Part shown: piece after piece, positions 10,194 to 19,091 of the stretch
Layout of the letters: every line of letters starts with the position of its first letter
Numbering within the stretch: position 1 is the stretch's first letter
Assembly: GCA_048882485.1 (NCBI GenBank)
Contig: JBHLRP010000003.1
Span: forward strand, 32,001 to 96,000
Direction of reading: 5' to 3'
Length of the DNA: 64,000 nt
From: Candidatus Thorarchaeota archaeon
GTDB taxonomy: Archaea; Asgardarchaeota; Thorarchaeia; Thorarchaeales; Thorarchaeaceae
The notes under the pieces: generated by a model
Told to the model about the DNA's origin: nothing
Database searches by the model: none
Seen by the model: only the letters and a program-made list of their open reading frames with translations
Program-made: the position numbers and the translations under genes

Positions 10194-12008
10194 GTGACCA
10201 ACATGGTTGACCTTGCCGAGCTTGTAAATGACCTGCCCGATGTTCCAGGAGTCTATCTCTGGAAGGATGAGAATGGGCAGATACTATACATTGGCAAGAG
10301 CAAATACCTCAGGCGAAGGGTAAGCTCCTATCTGAATCCTAATGGTCAGTATCGTAGAACAGCTGAAATGATGCATGCCGCGAGAGACTTGGATACAATA
10401 GTCACGAACACCGAAAAAGAAGCCATTGTTCTTGAAGCAACATTGATTCAGAACCATCGACCACCGTATAACATCAAGCTGAAGGATGACAGACGGCATG
10501 CTTGGATAAGAGTCGACCTAGGCTCGAAATACCCTGTTTTTGAAATCACTCGTGATGCTGAAAGAGATGGAGCGGTCTATTTTGGACCATATGGAAGCAC
10601 CAAGCGCCTTGAACGGTTCTTGGATACAATAAGGAAGTTCATTCCTATTGCCATGTGCAAGGATCCCACCAAAGTCAAGCGGGCGTGTATGGACTTCCAT
10701 CTTGATAGATGTACAGGTCCATGTGAGGAACACATTAGCGAAGAAGCCTATCGTTCTCTAGTAAAACAGATGTGTATGTATTTGGAGGGTCGATCTGATG
10801 AAGTGGCTGAGATGCTAGAGGATCAAATGAAAGAGGCCTCTGAGAACATGGAATTCGAAAAAGCTGCAGAGTTGAGGGACAGGCTGACTGATATGCAGAT
10901 TCTAATGAGTCGACAGAAGGTCGTAGAGTTCAAGGGTACCAACCGTGATGTCCTAGGGATTTCACGAACGGAACAAGCTGCCTTGGTAGAGATGCTAATC
11001 ATCAGGAATGGTCGATTGATAGGTCAAGACAATTTCTACTTCGATGTGGACTTGGATACTCCTGACCAAGATATATTGACTGCGTTTATTGGTCAATTCT
11101 ATTTCACGATTCCTAGAGTCCCAGACCAGATTATTCTCCCAACAGAAATTCCTGAGATGGATAAGCTCGGTGAGTGGCTTACAGAAACGGACGAGCATGT
11201 AGTTGAGTTCCTGCTTCCTTCAGACCAGAAATCCCAAGACTTGGTGGAAATGGCCAACAAGAACGCCTACCGTGCTCTAAGGAAGATTCTGATTCTTGGA
11301 GAAAGCAGCGAGGAAATTGTTCATGATGGTGTGAAGCAGTTGAAGGAAGCGCTTCGTCTGACCCAAGCACCAATGCACATCGAAGGCTTTGATATCGCAA
11401 ATATCCAAGGAACTGACCCAACTGGTTCTTGTGTTGTCTTCATTAATGGGGATCCGGATAATTCCAAGTATAGAATGTTTAAGGTGCGTGGGAAAACCAC
11501 CCCTGATGACTACGCGATGATGAATGAAGTCATATTTCGTCGATATAAGGGGGTGCTGATGCGTGGCGATCCTCTGCCAGATCTGATACTAGTTGATGGT
11601 GGGAAGGGGCAGCTAAGTGCAGCTCATAAGGCTCTTTCGCAGCACGGGCTCGAGTACTTGCCGCTCATTGCTCTGGCAAAGAGAGAAGAGATGATATTCA
11701 CAAGGGATGCAAAGGATGGGATCGAGTTGGAGGTTTCATCGGCGGCATTGAGATTGGTTCAATCAATCAGAGATGAGGCTCATAGATTTGCTCAGAGATA
11801 TCATCACAAGCTGCGAGAGAAGAGATTCACCGGCTCAATCTTGGAAGAAGCTCCAGGTATAGGACCGAAGAGACGTCAGGCGCTTCTCGAATCATTCGGA
11901 AGTTTCGATGCAGTAAAGGATGCAACAGTTGAAGAGATTAGAGAGGTAGAAGGTATGACCCAGAAGTCTGCAGAATCTCTCAAGAAGTGGCTTGACGAAC
12001 ATGGCTGA
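10194..12008 (+). CDS. uvrC: Excinuclease ABC subunit C
   Basis: GIY-YIG (PGVY...YIGKSK..RRRVSSY), P.YNI.LKDD, Cys cluster, UVR domain, RNase H-like (IEGFDIA, VDGGKGQ, RDEAHRFA), HhH (PGIGPKR). Confidence 0.98.
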   Translation: MTNMVDLAELVNDLPDVPGVYLWKDENGQILYIGKSKYLRRRVSSYLNPNGQYRRTAEMMHAARDLDTIVTNTEKEAIVLEATLIQNHRPPYNIKLKDDRRHAWIRVDLGSKYPVFEITRDAERDGAVYFGPYGSTKRLERFLDTIRKFIPIAMCKDPTKVKRACMDFHLDRCTGPCEEHISEEAYRSLVKQMCMYLEGRSDEVAEMLEDQMKEASENMEFEKAAELRDRLTDMQILMSRQKVVEFKGTNRDVLGISRTEQAALVEMLIIRNGRLIGQDNFYFDVDLDTPDQDILTAFIGQFYFTIPRVPDQIILPTEIPEMDKLGEWLTETDEHVVEFLLPSDQKSQDLVEMANKNAYRALRKILILGESSEEIVHDGVKQLKEALRLTQAPMHIEGFDIANIQGTDPTGSCVVFINGDPDNSKYRMFKVRGKTTPDDYAMMNEVIFRRYKGVLMRGDPLPDLILVDGGKGQLSAAHKALSQHGLEYLPLIALAKREEMIFTRDAKDGIELEVSSAALRLVQSIRDEAHRFAQRYHHKLREKRFTGSILEEAPGIGPKRRQALLESFGSFDAVKDATVEEIREVEGMTQKSAESLKKWLDEHG

Positions 12009-12009
12009 T

Positions 12010-13524
12010 TTAATCCTCATCTCCATTGGATTCCATCAGCTTCTCAACCATCGGTATTTCTGATTCAGTGATCGGAGTAAAGTGTCCAAAAGCGTTTTCA
12101 CTTCCAAGATTCAATTGAATCACGAATACTGATTTTGCTACTCTTTCGGGCCGACTCTCACGCAGTCTCTCTATGCTTTGTCGACGTCCATAGGCGACAT
12201 AAATCAGGAATCCAATCAGTCCAAGCCAGAATCCCATTGAGAGAGCCTCCAATGATTGATACAGAATGAAAAGTAGACAGATTGCTACGCCCAGTATTGG
12301 GAATAGAGGATAGAATCTAGCCTTGAAGGTACCTGGAACATTTAGCCTTCTGATACGCATCACTATCACGGAAGAGTTCACAATGGCCTGTCCTACAAGG
12401 TAAGCTAGCCCAGCAAGGGATGCCACTAGGTCAACCCTTCCAGTTAGCGCGAAAGCACTCACAGCGACAAAAGTAACAAGAAGCGCTGGAATTGGAGTCT
12501 TGAATCTTGAACTTACTCTTTCGAGAAAGCCAGGTAGGAAGCGGTCTCGGCCTAGAGCATATGCCACCCTAGCTGTGGATAGGAATGTAGCATTGAGAGC
12601 AGCGTAATTGGAGGCTGCCATTCCTGCTAGGCCAAAATAGAATGCACCAGTCCCGAACATTGAGGCATATACATGAGCAACAGGAACCGGTGATTCGAGA
12701 CTCGCCAATTCATTGTAGGGTACCACACCTACCATGACAAAAGCTGCGGTGACATAGATTGTTGTAGCAATCATTAAGGTGAGAAGAATGGCTCTTGGAA
12801 TGTTCTTCGCAGGTTCTTTGATTTCCTCTGAAGCAGTGGTGATGAGCTCGTATCCTATGAAGCTGATATAGATGAAAGCGACAGTAGCCATCAACTCCAT
12901 GAATCCAGTTCCTGGCGCAAAGAATGGATCGAGATTAGTAGGTTGGACAAAGAATAGTCCCAGCCCGATGAAGGAGAAGAGTACAACCGACTGAGCAATG
13001 TTGAACACACCCAAAACTCCGCTGACTCCTTTCACACTTAAGATATTCGTGGTCAATGTGAACGCGATTATGACTACTGCAATTGTGGTCACCATCTCAG
13101 GGGTTGCTATTGGAATGAATAAAGCGAGAGTGTGGGCAACGGCGAGAGAATAGAGACCACATGCAACAATATTCCCGATTAGTAGATACCATCCAGTCAG
13201 GAACGCGGGGAGTCCACCGTATGTGTCATGGACAAATGTGTAGCCGCCTCCCTGCTTTGGGATTGATGACGACAGTTCTGCATAGTTGATTGCAGTAAAG
13301 ATGGTGAGAAGTCCAGTTGCTAGATATGCAATAATGAGTCCAGGTCCAACCATGCCTGCTGCGATGCCTGAGATGACATAGATTCCGCCACCGAGCATAG
13401 CCCCCAGGCCAAGGTTGGTTGCTCCCATGAGACCAAGTCGTCGAGCAAACTTTCCATCTGAGCTGTCTTGCCCGACTACCTCTGACATCGTCTTCACCAG
13501 AAAATCCTTCAGTTTCGCCCTCAT
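12010..13524 (-). CDS. APC-family amino acid permease
   Basis: GAMLGGGIY, YAELSS.IP..GG.Y, F.GYE...TASEEIKEP.KNIPRA; ~12 TM. Confidence 0.93.
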   Translation of the reverse strand: MRAKLKDFLVKTMSEVVGQDSSDGKFARRLGLMGATNLGLGAMLGGGIYVISGIAAGMVGPGLIIAYLATGLLTIFTAINYAELSSSIPKQGGGYTFVHDTYGGLPAFLTGWYLLIGNIVACGLYSLAVAHTLALFIPIATPEMVTTIAVVIIAFTLTTNILSVKGVSGVLGVFNIAQSVVLFSFIGLGLFFVQPTNLDPFFAPGTGFMELMATVAFIYISFIGYELITTASEEIKEPAKNIPRAILLTLMIATTIYVTAAFVMVGVVPYNELASLESPVPVAHVYASMFGTGAFYFGLAGMAASNYAALNATFLSTARVAYALGRDRFLPGFLERVSSRFKTPIPALLVTFVAVSAFALTGRVDLVASLAGLAYLVGQAIVNSSVIVMRIRRLNVPGTFKARFYPLFPILGVAICLLFILYQSLEALSMGFWLGLIGFLIYVAYGRRQSIERLRESRPERVAKSVFVIQLNLGSENAFGHFTPITESEIPMVEKLMESNGDED

Positions 13525-13605
13525 TCAGCGTATTTGATTGTTCTCTGCGCGACCTTGAGGAATGCTTTTGAAAGTTGCGAAGTCGCCAATTAGGCGAGTT
13601 GTCCA

Positions 13606-13622
13606 ACCCCGAAGTTTAAATG
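13606..13622 (+). promoter_or_regulatory. BRE/TATA promoter of ferredoxin 1
   Basis: ACCCCGAAGTTTAAATG, identical to 13959-13975; begins 79 bp before the start codon. Confidence 0.75.
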
Positions 13623-13684
13623 TAACATGTGGCGGCACTCACTTGTAGGACTTGCAAATTAGTCCAATAGCGAAGTGACTGACC

Positions 13685-13867
13685 GTGATTTGGAAAGTAA
13701 CTGATGCATGCACTGCATGCGGCACATGCGCCGACGTCTGCCCAGTTGATCCTACATTGTACGTGGTCAACGACATAGCTGTGTATCAGATAGACCGAGA
13801 AGATGAGTGCACAGAGTGCTATGCTTGCGTCGATTCGTGCCCTGAGGGCGCGATTGAAGAAGGCTAG
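13685..13867 (+). CDS. 2[4Fe-4S] ferredoxin
   Basis: CTACGTCADVCP and CTECYACVDSCP. Confidence 0.95.
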   Translation: MIWKVTDACTACGTCADVCPVDPTLYVVNDIAVYQIDREDECTECYACVDSCPEGAIEEG

Positions 13868-13903
13868 GACAGAGCACCGTCTTCTATGCTATCAGTCGAT
13901 TTT

Positions 13904-13950
13904 ACGCTCATTTTGAAGATTCCTGCAAGAATGAGCGTTTCTTTTTATTT
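13904..13950 (+). terminator. Hairpin plus T-tract after ferredoxin 1
   Basis: ACGCTCATT...AATGAGCGT followed by TTCTTTTTATTTT. Confidence 0.65.
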
Positions 13951-13958
13951 TGTACATT

Positions 13959-13975
13959 ACCCCGAAGTTTAAATG
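13959..13975 (+). promoter_or_regulatory. BRE/TATA promoter of ferredoxin 2
   Basis: 17-bp identity with 13606-13622; begins 80 bp before the start codon. Confidence 0.75.
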
Positions 13976-14038
13976 CTGAAATGAACCGCACCACAAATGC
14001 AGAACTCTATTTAGAGTCTAAAGAAGAAGTGATTCAGA

Positions 14039-14224
14039 TTGATGTGGAAGATAACTGACGCTTGTACAGGAGAAGGAACTTGTGCCGATGTCTGTCCCGT
14101 TGACCCAACACTGTTTGTGATTGAAAACGACAAAGCCATCTATCAGGAAGCTCGTGCTGATGAATGCACTGAGTGCTACGCTTGTGTCGACAGTTGCCCA
14201 GAGGGCGCTATCGAAGAAGCATAG
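14039..14224 (+). CDS. Dicluster ferredoxin paralog, possibly [3Fe-4S][4Fe-4S]
   Basis: CTGEGTCADVCP (second Cys replaced by Glu) and CTECYACVDSCP. Confidence 0.93.
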   Translation: MMWKITDACTGEGTCADVCPVDPTLFVIENDKAIYQEARADECTECYACVDSCPEGAIEEA

Positions 14225-14294
14225 TGTCCGTGCAACTAGGAATCCGACAGGGGGGCTCTACAGCTCCTGTGGTTGCTTCCCTGTCTTCGACATT

Positions 14295-14552
14295 CTATTT
14301 CTCCTTGTAGGGTTGGCCTAACACCGAGTTGAAGAAATCCCTCAGAGTTCGATCTTCAAGTATCACCTTCACAGAAGCCACACTATCTTGTGCCGGCATA
14401 TAGCTACCTGTCACTTTCACAATTCTTGATTCATCATCTAGTAACAGGATTGTTTTATCCTCATCGACCTCCTCATGCATTCCAAACTCCTCGCGAATCC
14501 TGTCCATGCAGGAACGGTACACAGCAGGGTCAATTCGATAGAATAGTTTCAT
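14295..14552 (-). CDS. Hypothetical protein
   Basis: 85-aa ORF filling the gap; GAGGT upstream of ATG. Confidence 0.7.
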   Translation of the reverse strand: MKLFYRIDPAVYRSCMDRIREEFGMHEEVDEDKTILLLDDESRIVKVTGSYMPAQDSVASVKVILEDRTLRDFFNSVLGQPYKEK

Positions 14553-14603
14553 GATGGTGAACCTCTTTGCATCCGAGACCTTGTGCTGCTTAGTAAGTTA
14601 TAA

Positions 14604-16337
14604 GTGCTACAGATGGACAGCCAGACCATCCAACGATTAACGGGAGAGATTACTTACTTGAATGCAAACCACCACAAGTTGCTAGGTTTATTCATAGTCA
14701 CTCTAATGCTTTCTGGAATCATCCCATTGGCATTTATCCAGATAGCTGATGCCAAGCCTGAAATGCAATTCACTAGTTCAGAGATCACTTGGGAAACTCT
14801 TAACAGAAACATGAACGTAACAACATTCGTGGGGCCAGATGGCAGTCGCGACGAGCTCTGGCATTTTCTGAGCAGCGCTCAGGAGAGCATCTATGTTGAG
14901 ATATATGGAATTAACAACCCGTATATCCTAGATCATATCTACACCCTGAGAGATGCGAATCCATCACTTGACATCAAGGTCTTGATGGGGTGGGAGAGTC
15001 TTGGCTACATGGAACCCTATCTTCCTAATCCGTATGTGGCGTATAACCTTACACAAGAAGGTGTACCCTTTAGATGGACCAGCGATACCGAATTCACATA
15101 CGCACATCAGAAATTCGTGATTATTGACAACAAAACCACAATTGTTCATTCTGGGAACTGGGCGAAGACAAGCTTTCCTGAGGCTGGAAAGAAGGCCAAC
15201 AGGGAATGGAGCATTGCTATGACTGACGTAGAGGTTACTGCTGTCTACAGATGGGTCTTCGATTATGACTGGCAGAATGGAGTTGCTTATGATGAAGTCC
15301 GCGACGGGACTGGAAGTCCATTGTCTTATACTCAAAGCGGAAGCTCTTATCCCAGGCCATTCAGTACGCCAGGCGAATTCTCTGGTCCAATGAATGTAAC
15401 TCCAATCTTCAGCCCCGTTACAAGTCTGCAGGGCATTCTCTATTGCATAAACTCAGCTCGAGCAACACTAGATATCCAAATTGCGTACTTCACTTCTGTT
15501 GGCGATGGTGGTGAGGTCGACCAGGTCATTGACGCTATCATTGCCGCGAAGAACAGAGGTGTCACTGTTAGAGTCATAACCGAAGAAAATGCCAAGCCTG
15601 ACATCGAGGATGTTGTAATCGAGTTCGAAACACATGGGATTCCGGTAGTCTATCAATATGAAACCTGGTTCACAGCCATGCACAATAAAGGCATTATAGT
15701 TGATGGCCGTTTGGTTCTGATTAGCAGCATCAACTATAGTGATGGAAGCATTGGAGAGAATAGAGAAGCAGGAGTCATCATTGAAAATAAAGAGGTCGCT
15801 CAATGGTACCTGGATGTTTTCGATTATGACTGGAAGCTGGGAGAGATTGCCAACTCCGATGAAGTGAATCTTGATTGGAACCCTAATATTCCTGCCAGTG
15901 ACGCAGATATCACAGTCACAGTGTATGCACATATGCTGAATAATACAGGTGATGTTGAAGAAGTCAAGCTCGGAGTTAAAATCGCTGATGGTCAATGGAC
16001 CAATCATACGATTACCTCGAGTGTCTACACTACACCCCAGAACTACCAGGATACAACTGCGAATTATGACTATGTGATTCCTCAACAGGCTGATGGGACA
16101 AACATAACTGTCAAGGCTTATGTCGAGTGGACTAATGGAACGCACACGATTTGGCATGAAAGTATGGAGCGTGTGATTCGTGTTCGTGATTCGCTTGGTT
16201 CAATACCGCCTCCCACAACCACACCTCCGCCTCCACCGCCGCCTGATGGAATAGTCGCGCTGTTAGCTGAATATGGAATCTATATCATAGCTGCCGTTGC
16301 TGCATTGGTCTTGGCTGTGGTGTTCAGAAGACGCTAA
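14604..16337 (+). CDS. Secreted, C-terminally anchored phospholipase D-superfamily protein
   Basis: Two HKD motifs (HQKFVIID, HNKGIIVD), N-terminal hydrophobic signal, poly-Pro linker, C-terminal TM + RRR; true start may be slightly downstream. Confidence 0.9.
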   Translation: MLQMDSQTIQRLTGEITYLNANHHKLLGLFIVTLMLSGIIPLAFIQIADAKPEMQFTSSEITWETLNRNMNVTTFVGPDGSRDELWHFLSSAQESIYVEIYGINNPYILDHIYTLRDANPSLDIKVLMGWESLGYMEPYLPNPYVAYNLTQEGVPFRWTSDTEFTYAHQKFVIIDNKTTIVHSGNWAKTSFPEAGKKANREWSIAMTDVEVTAVYRWVFDYDWQNGVAYDEVRDGTGSPLSYTQSGSSYPRPFSTPGEFSGPMNVTPIFSPVTSLQGILYCINSARATLDIQIAYFTSVGDGGEVDQVIDAIIAAKNRGVTVRVITEENAKPDIEDVVIEFETHGIPVVYQYETWFTAMHNKGIIVDGRLVLISSINYSDGSIGENREAGVIIENKEVAQWYLDVFDYDWKLGEIANSDEVNLDWNPNIPASDADITVTVYAHMLNNTGDVEEVKLGVKIADGQWTNHTITSSVYTTPQNYQDTTANYDYVIPQQADGTNITVKAYVEWTNGTHTIWHESMERVIRVRDSLGSIPPPTTTPPPPPPPDGIVALLAEYGIYIIAAVAALVLAVVFRRR

Positions 16338-16403
16338 AATCTGCCTAGAACTGGTCTCTGCGCTCTGCTTCTAGCAGGGAGCGAGGCCATGTTCCCATCC
16401 TTT

Positions 16404-16982
16404 TCATGAATTCTCTGCAAATTCTGCGAATTTATAGCAGCTCTCGGCATCCTGAGTTTCCCCACGCTTCTCATGGAGAGCTCCTGCTATTCTATATGCG
16501 CGAGCAACCTCAGACCACTTCTCCTGAGCATCAAGGCATAGCGCAAGTGCCTTCCAAGTCTTTGGATTTTCTGAGTCGTACTTGATTGATTCATTATATG
16601 CTGCAATAGCATCGTCGATTCTCATTACGCTTTCAAGAGCCCGGGCTTTCTTCGCCCAGAGATCCGGGTCCTCTGGTGCCTCTGCAAGTCCTTTTTCTGC
16701 CGCAGCCAAGGCTTCTTGAAACTCACTCAGAGTCAGAAATGCCTCCGCCTTGTGGCTATACGCTCTAGGGTCGCTGGGATCAATAGAGATCGCAAGATCA
16801 AAGGCGTTTAACGCGAATGTCTGTTCTCCTATGAGAATATGGACGAGGCCCATCTCATTCAACGCATCGAGGTTAGAATTATCCAGTTCCATTACCTGTC
16901 TGTACACATCCAGTGCTTTCTGATATTCTCCTTGCTGACGCAACGCTCTGGCGTTGTCAAGGAGTTCCGCACTAGATGACAT
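16404..16982 (-). CDS. TPR-repeat protein
   Basis: About five consecutive TPR patterns. Confidence 0.9.
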   Translation of the reverse strand: MSSSAELLDNARALRQQGEYQKALDVYRQVMELDNSNLDALNEMGLVHILIGEQTFALNAFDLAISIDPSDPRAYSHKAEAFLTLSEFQEALAAAEKGLAEAPEDPDLWAKKARALESVMRIDDAIAAYNESIKYDSENPKTWKALALCLDAQEKWSEVARAYRIAGALHEKRGETQDAESCYKFAEFAENS

Positions 16983-17128
16983 ACACCTTCTCCCGAATCT
17001 TCATGTTTTAATGCTATTTCCTGTGGACAACGAAGAGCCTGAAAAACCTCGAATCCTGGACTCACAAACAACAACTGTTTTAACCCACACGCAACCACGA
17101 CAGTCTACTCAACCTGTGAGGGAGCAAA

Positions 17129-17695
17129 ATGCCAAGTGAAGAGTTCGATTCCGAGGATGAGTACGATGAGTTTGAGGATGAAGACGACGAGTCCTATGAT
17201 GATGAGGACGATGAGTACTATGAAGATGAAGAGGACTTTCCTGAAGAAGTAGAACAAGCCTTCATACAGCAGCGCGAGTCTCGTTTCACTGGCTTCTTGG
17301 AGGATCCTTGGCCAAAGACTGCATTCATTCTGATTCTTGTCGGCTTTGGCATCATTCTTCCGTGGCCTGAGGCTATCTGGTTCACATGGTTGTATCACAT
17401 AATTGCTCTATACGGGCTTAGCATATTGGGCCTTGTAGCAATTATCTACTCGCTGAAGGCATGGATAACCTCTAGCACTAGAATTCGCTTCATAGGTATG
17501 CTATTCATCATAATCTCTATTGTAAGTCTGGTCGTTGGGTTCATTGACACTATTGCATGGGCATTAACTGGCTATTCATTCATTCCTGTCCTCCAAACAC
17601 CCCTGGTTGTCCTATTCATCGTGGTTGAGGTCTTTCTGATCTACACATTGTGGATTATGCGTAGTCAGTTTATGGCACCCGAAGCTGAGGATTAG
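17129..17695 (+). CDS. 4-TM membrane protein with acidic low-complexity N-terminus
   Basis: ~40 aa D/E/Y/F tract followed by four hydrophobic helices. Confidence 0.85.
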   Translation: MPSEEFDSEDEYDEFEDEDDESYDDEDDEYYEDEEDFPEEVEQAFIQQRESRFTGFLEDPWPKTAFILILVGFGIILPWPEAIWFTWLYHIIALYGLSILGLVAIIYSLKAWITSSTRIRFIGMLFIIISIVSLVVGFIDTIAWALTGYSFIPVLQTPLVVLFIVVEVFLIYTLWIMRSQFMAPEAED

Positions 17696-17705
17696 GTGTT
17701 GTAGA

Positions 17706-18077
17706 GTGAGCCAAGACGAGCGCTCACTAGAATACCTAATCTTGCGAATACGTGAATTCGTCGAAGAACGCGGATGGGAGAAGTACCAGAAGCCAGGGTC
17801 ACTGGCTGTTTCAGCATCAATAGAAACAGGAGAATTGCTGGAACTCTTCCAATGGCTCAATGATGAAGAGATTGACCAATACCTCAAAGACGAACACTAT
17901 CGGTCTAGGCTTGCTTCGGAGATAGCAGATGTCATGATTTACATACTGAGGCTGGCAGATGTTACAGGAATCAATCCTTTTGATGCCATTCTCAATAAGA
18001 TGAAAGAAAATGAGAAGAAATATCCGTCAGATGAATGGCATTCACGAATCCCGAGTAAGACTAGGGAACCTCGGTAA
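17706..18077 (+). CDS. MazG-like (DCTPP1-type) nucleotide pyrophosphohydrolase
   Basis: F..ER.W, E.GELLELFQW, EIADV.IY, K...NE.KYP. Confidence 0.92.
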   Translation: MSQDERSLEYLILRIREFVEERGWEKYQKPGSLAVSASIETGELLELFQWLNDEEIDQYLKDEHYRSRLASEIADVMIYILRLADVTGINPFDAILNKMKENEKKYPSDEWHSRIPSKTREPR

Positions 18078-18876
18078 GTCGTTTGTAGAGGTCTGGGCGT
18101 CTATCAGCGATTGCGTCATTACGTGCAGTCATTGTCTTATCGTCTGCTTCGATGAGGGCCAAATCTGCCCATTGGAGATCACTGACTCCTTCACCTATAC
18201 GAAGAAGGACTTCCCCTCCTGGCGTTGTTATCTGCGAGCCGCCAACGAAATGCACATCTCGTTCCTCGCCGGTCCTACCTGAAGTGGCTGTAAATACGCG
18301 GTTCTCAATTGACCTTGTGATCATCGCATCTGGACAGAACGGGAGGACAAGATTTGCTGGATGCAGGATAATCTGAGCCCTTTTGATTGCTAATATCCTG
18401 GAAATCTCAGGGAATGCCCAATCAAAACATATCATTATTCCAAAACGATATCCATTATGTTCAATTACTGGGGGCTCTTCATTTCCAGGAAGAAACCATT
18501 CCTTCTCTTTATCGAATAGCTGAATCTTGCGATAAGTAGTGAGATGCTTTCCGGCGCCAAAGATTGCCGCAGAGTTGTAGAGATCGCCCTCCGCTCTCTC
18601 GCATAATCCCGCGGTGACTAGCCCTCCTCTGTTCGACCATTTCAATAGATGTCTTGAGAAATCTCCCTCTGGAATTGTTTCTGAGAGAGCGTATGCTTCT
18701 TCGCGACTGTCGAAGACATAGCCGGAGTTTGCTAGTTCGGGAAGGACAAGAACATCGACCTGGTTGTCGGATGAAGAATCAAGAATATCATTCATCTTGG
18801 TCAGATTACCTTCTAAGTCGCCAATGATAGGCTCTATCTGACCAACAGCTACTCTGACTGACACAGTGGCACCCAA
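18061..18876 (-). CDS. Nitrilase/carbon-nitrogen hydrolase
   Basis: E-K-C triad: VLPEL, YRKIQL, ICFDW. Confidence 0.93.
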   Translation of the reverse strand: MGATVSVRVAVGQIEPIIGDLEGNLTKMNDILDSSSDNQVDVLVLPELANSGYVFDSREEAYALSETIPEGDFSRHLLKWSNRGGLVTAGLCERAEGDLYNSAAIFGAGKHLTTYRKIQLFDKEKEWFLPGNEEPPVIEHNGYRFGIMICFDWAFPEISRILAIKRAQIILHPANLVLPFCPDAMITRSIENRVFTATSGRTGEERDVHFVGGSQITTPGGEVLLRIGEGVSDLQWADLALIEADDKTMTARNDAIADRRPDLYKRLTEVP

Positions 18877-18973
18877 TTTCTCATGTCAAGTCATAGGCTA
18901 TCACTGCTTCGGTAGGGTCCGCCAGCAAGCCTTTTTTCATCTGAGCTACTATACTAATGCAAAGGTGAACTCA

Positions 18974-19054
18974 GTGTTCTTCGATGATGATGATTGGTAC
19001 GACGCCGAAGAGGACTGGGAAGACGATGAATGGGAAGACGATGACGATTGGTAG
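18974..19054 (+). CDS. 26-aa Trp/acidic micropeptide MFFDDDDWYDAEEDWEDDEWEDDDDW
   Basis: GTG start 5 nt after AGGTGA (18963-18968); sits in an otherwise empty gap; downstream hairpin pairs fully only on the + strand. Confidence 0.65.
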   Translation: MFFDDDDWYDAEEDWEDDEWEDDDDW

Positions 19055-19091
19055 TATCCATATTATCTGCCTTTCATCGTCCGTAGTAGAC

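Noticed and set aside
14039-14224. Selenocysteine at the missing ferredoxin Cys
   Set aside because: The codon is GAA (Glu), not TGA
15468-16157. 229-aa - strand ORF (likewise 62310-62933 + and other nested ORFs)
   Set aside because: Lie antisense to well-supported genes; no motifs or RBS
17140-17245. GATGA-rich repeats as a CRISPR or tandem repeat array
   Set aside because: Explained by Asp/Glu codons; no constant repeat with unique spacers
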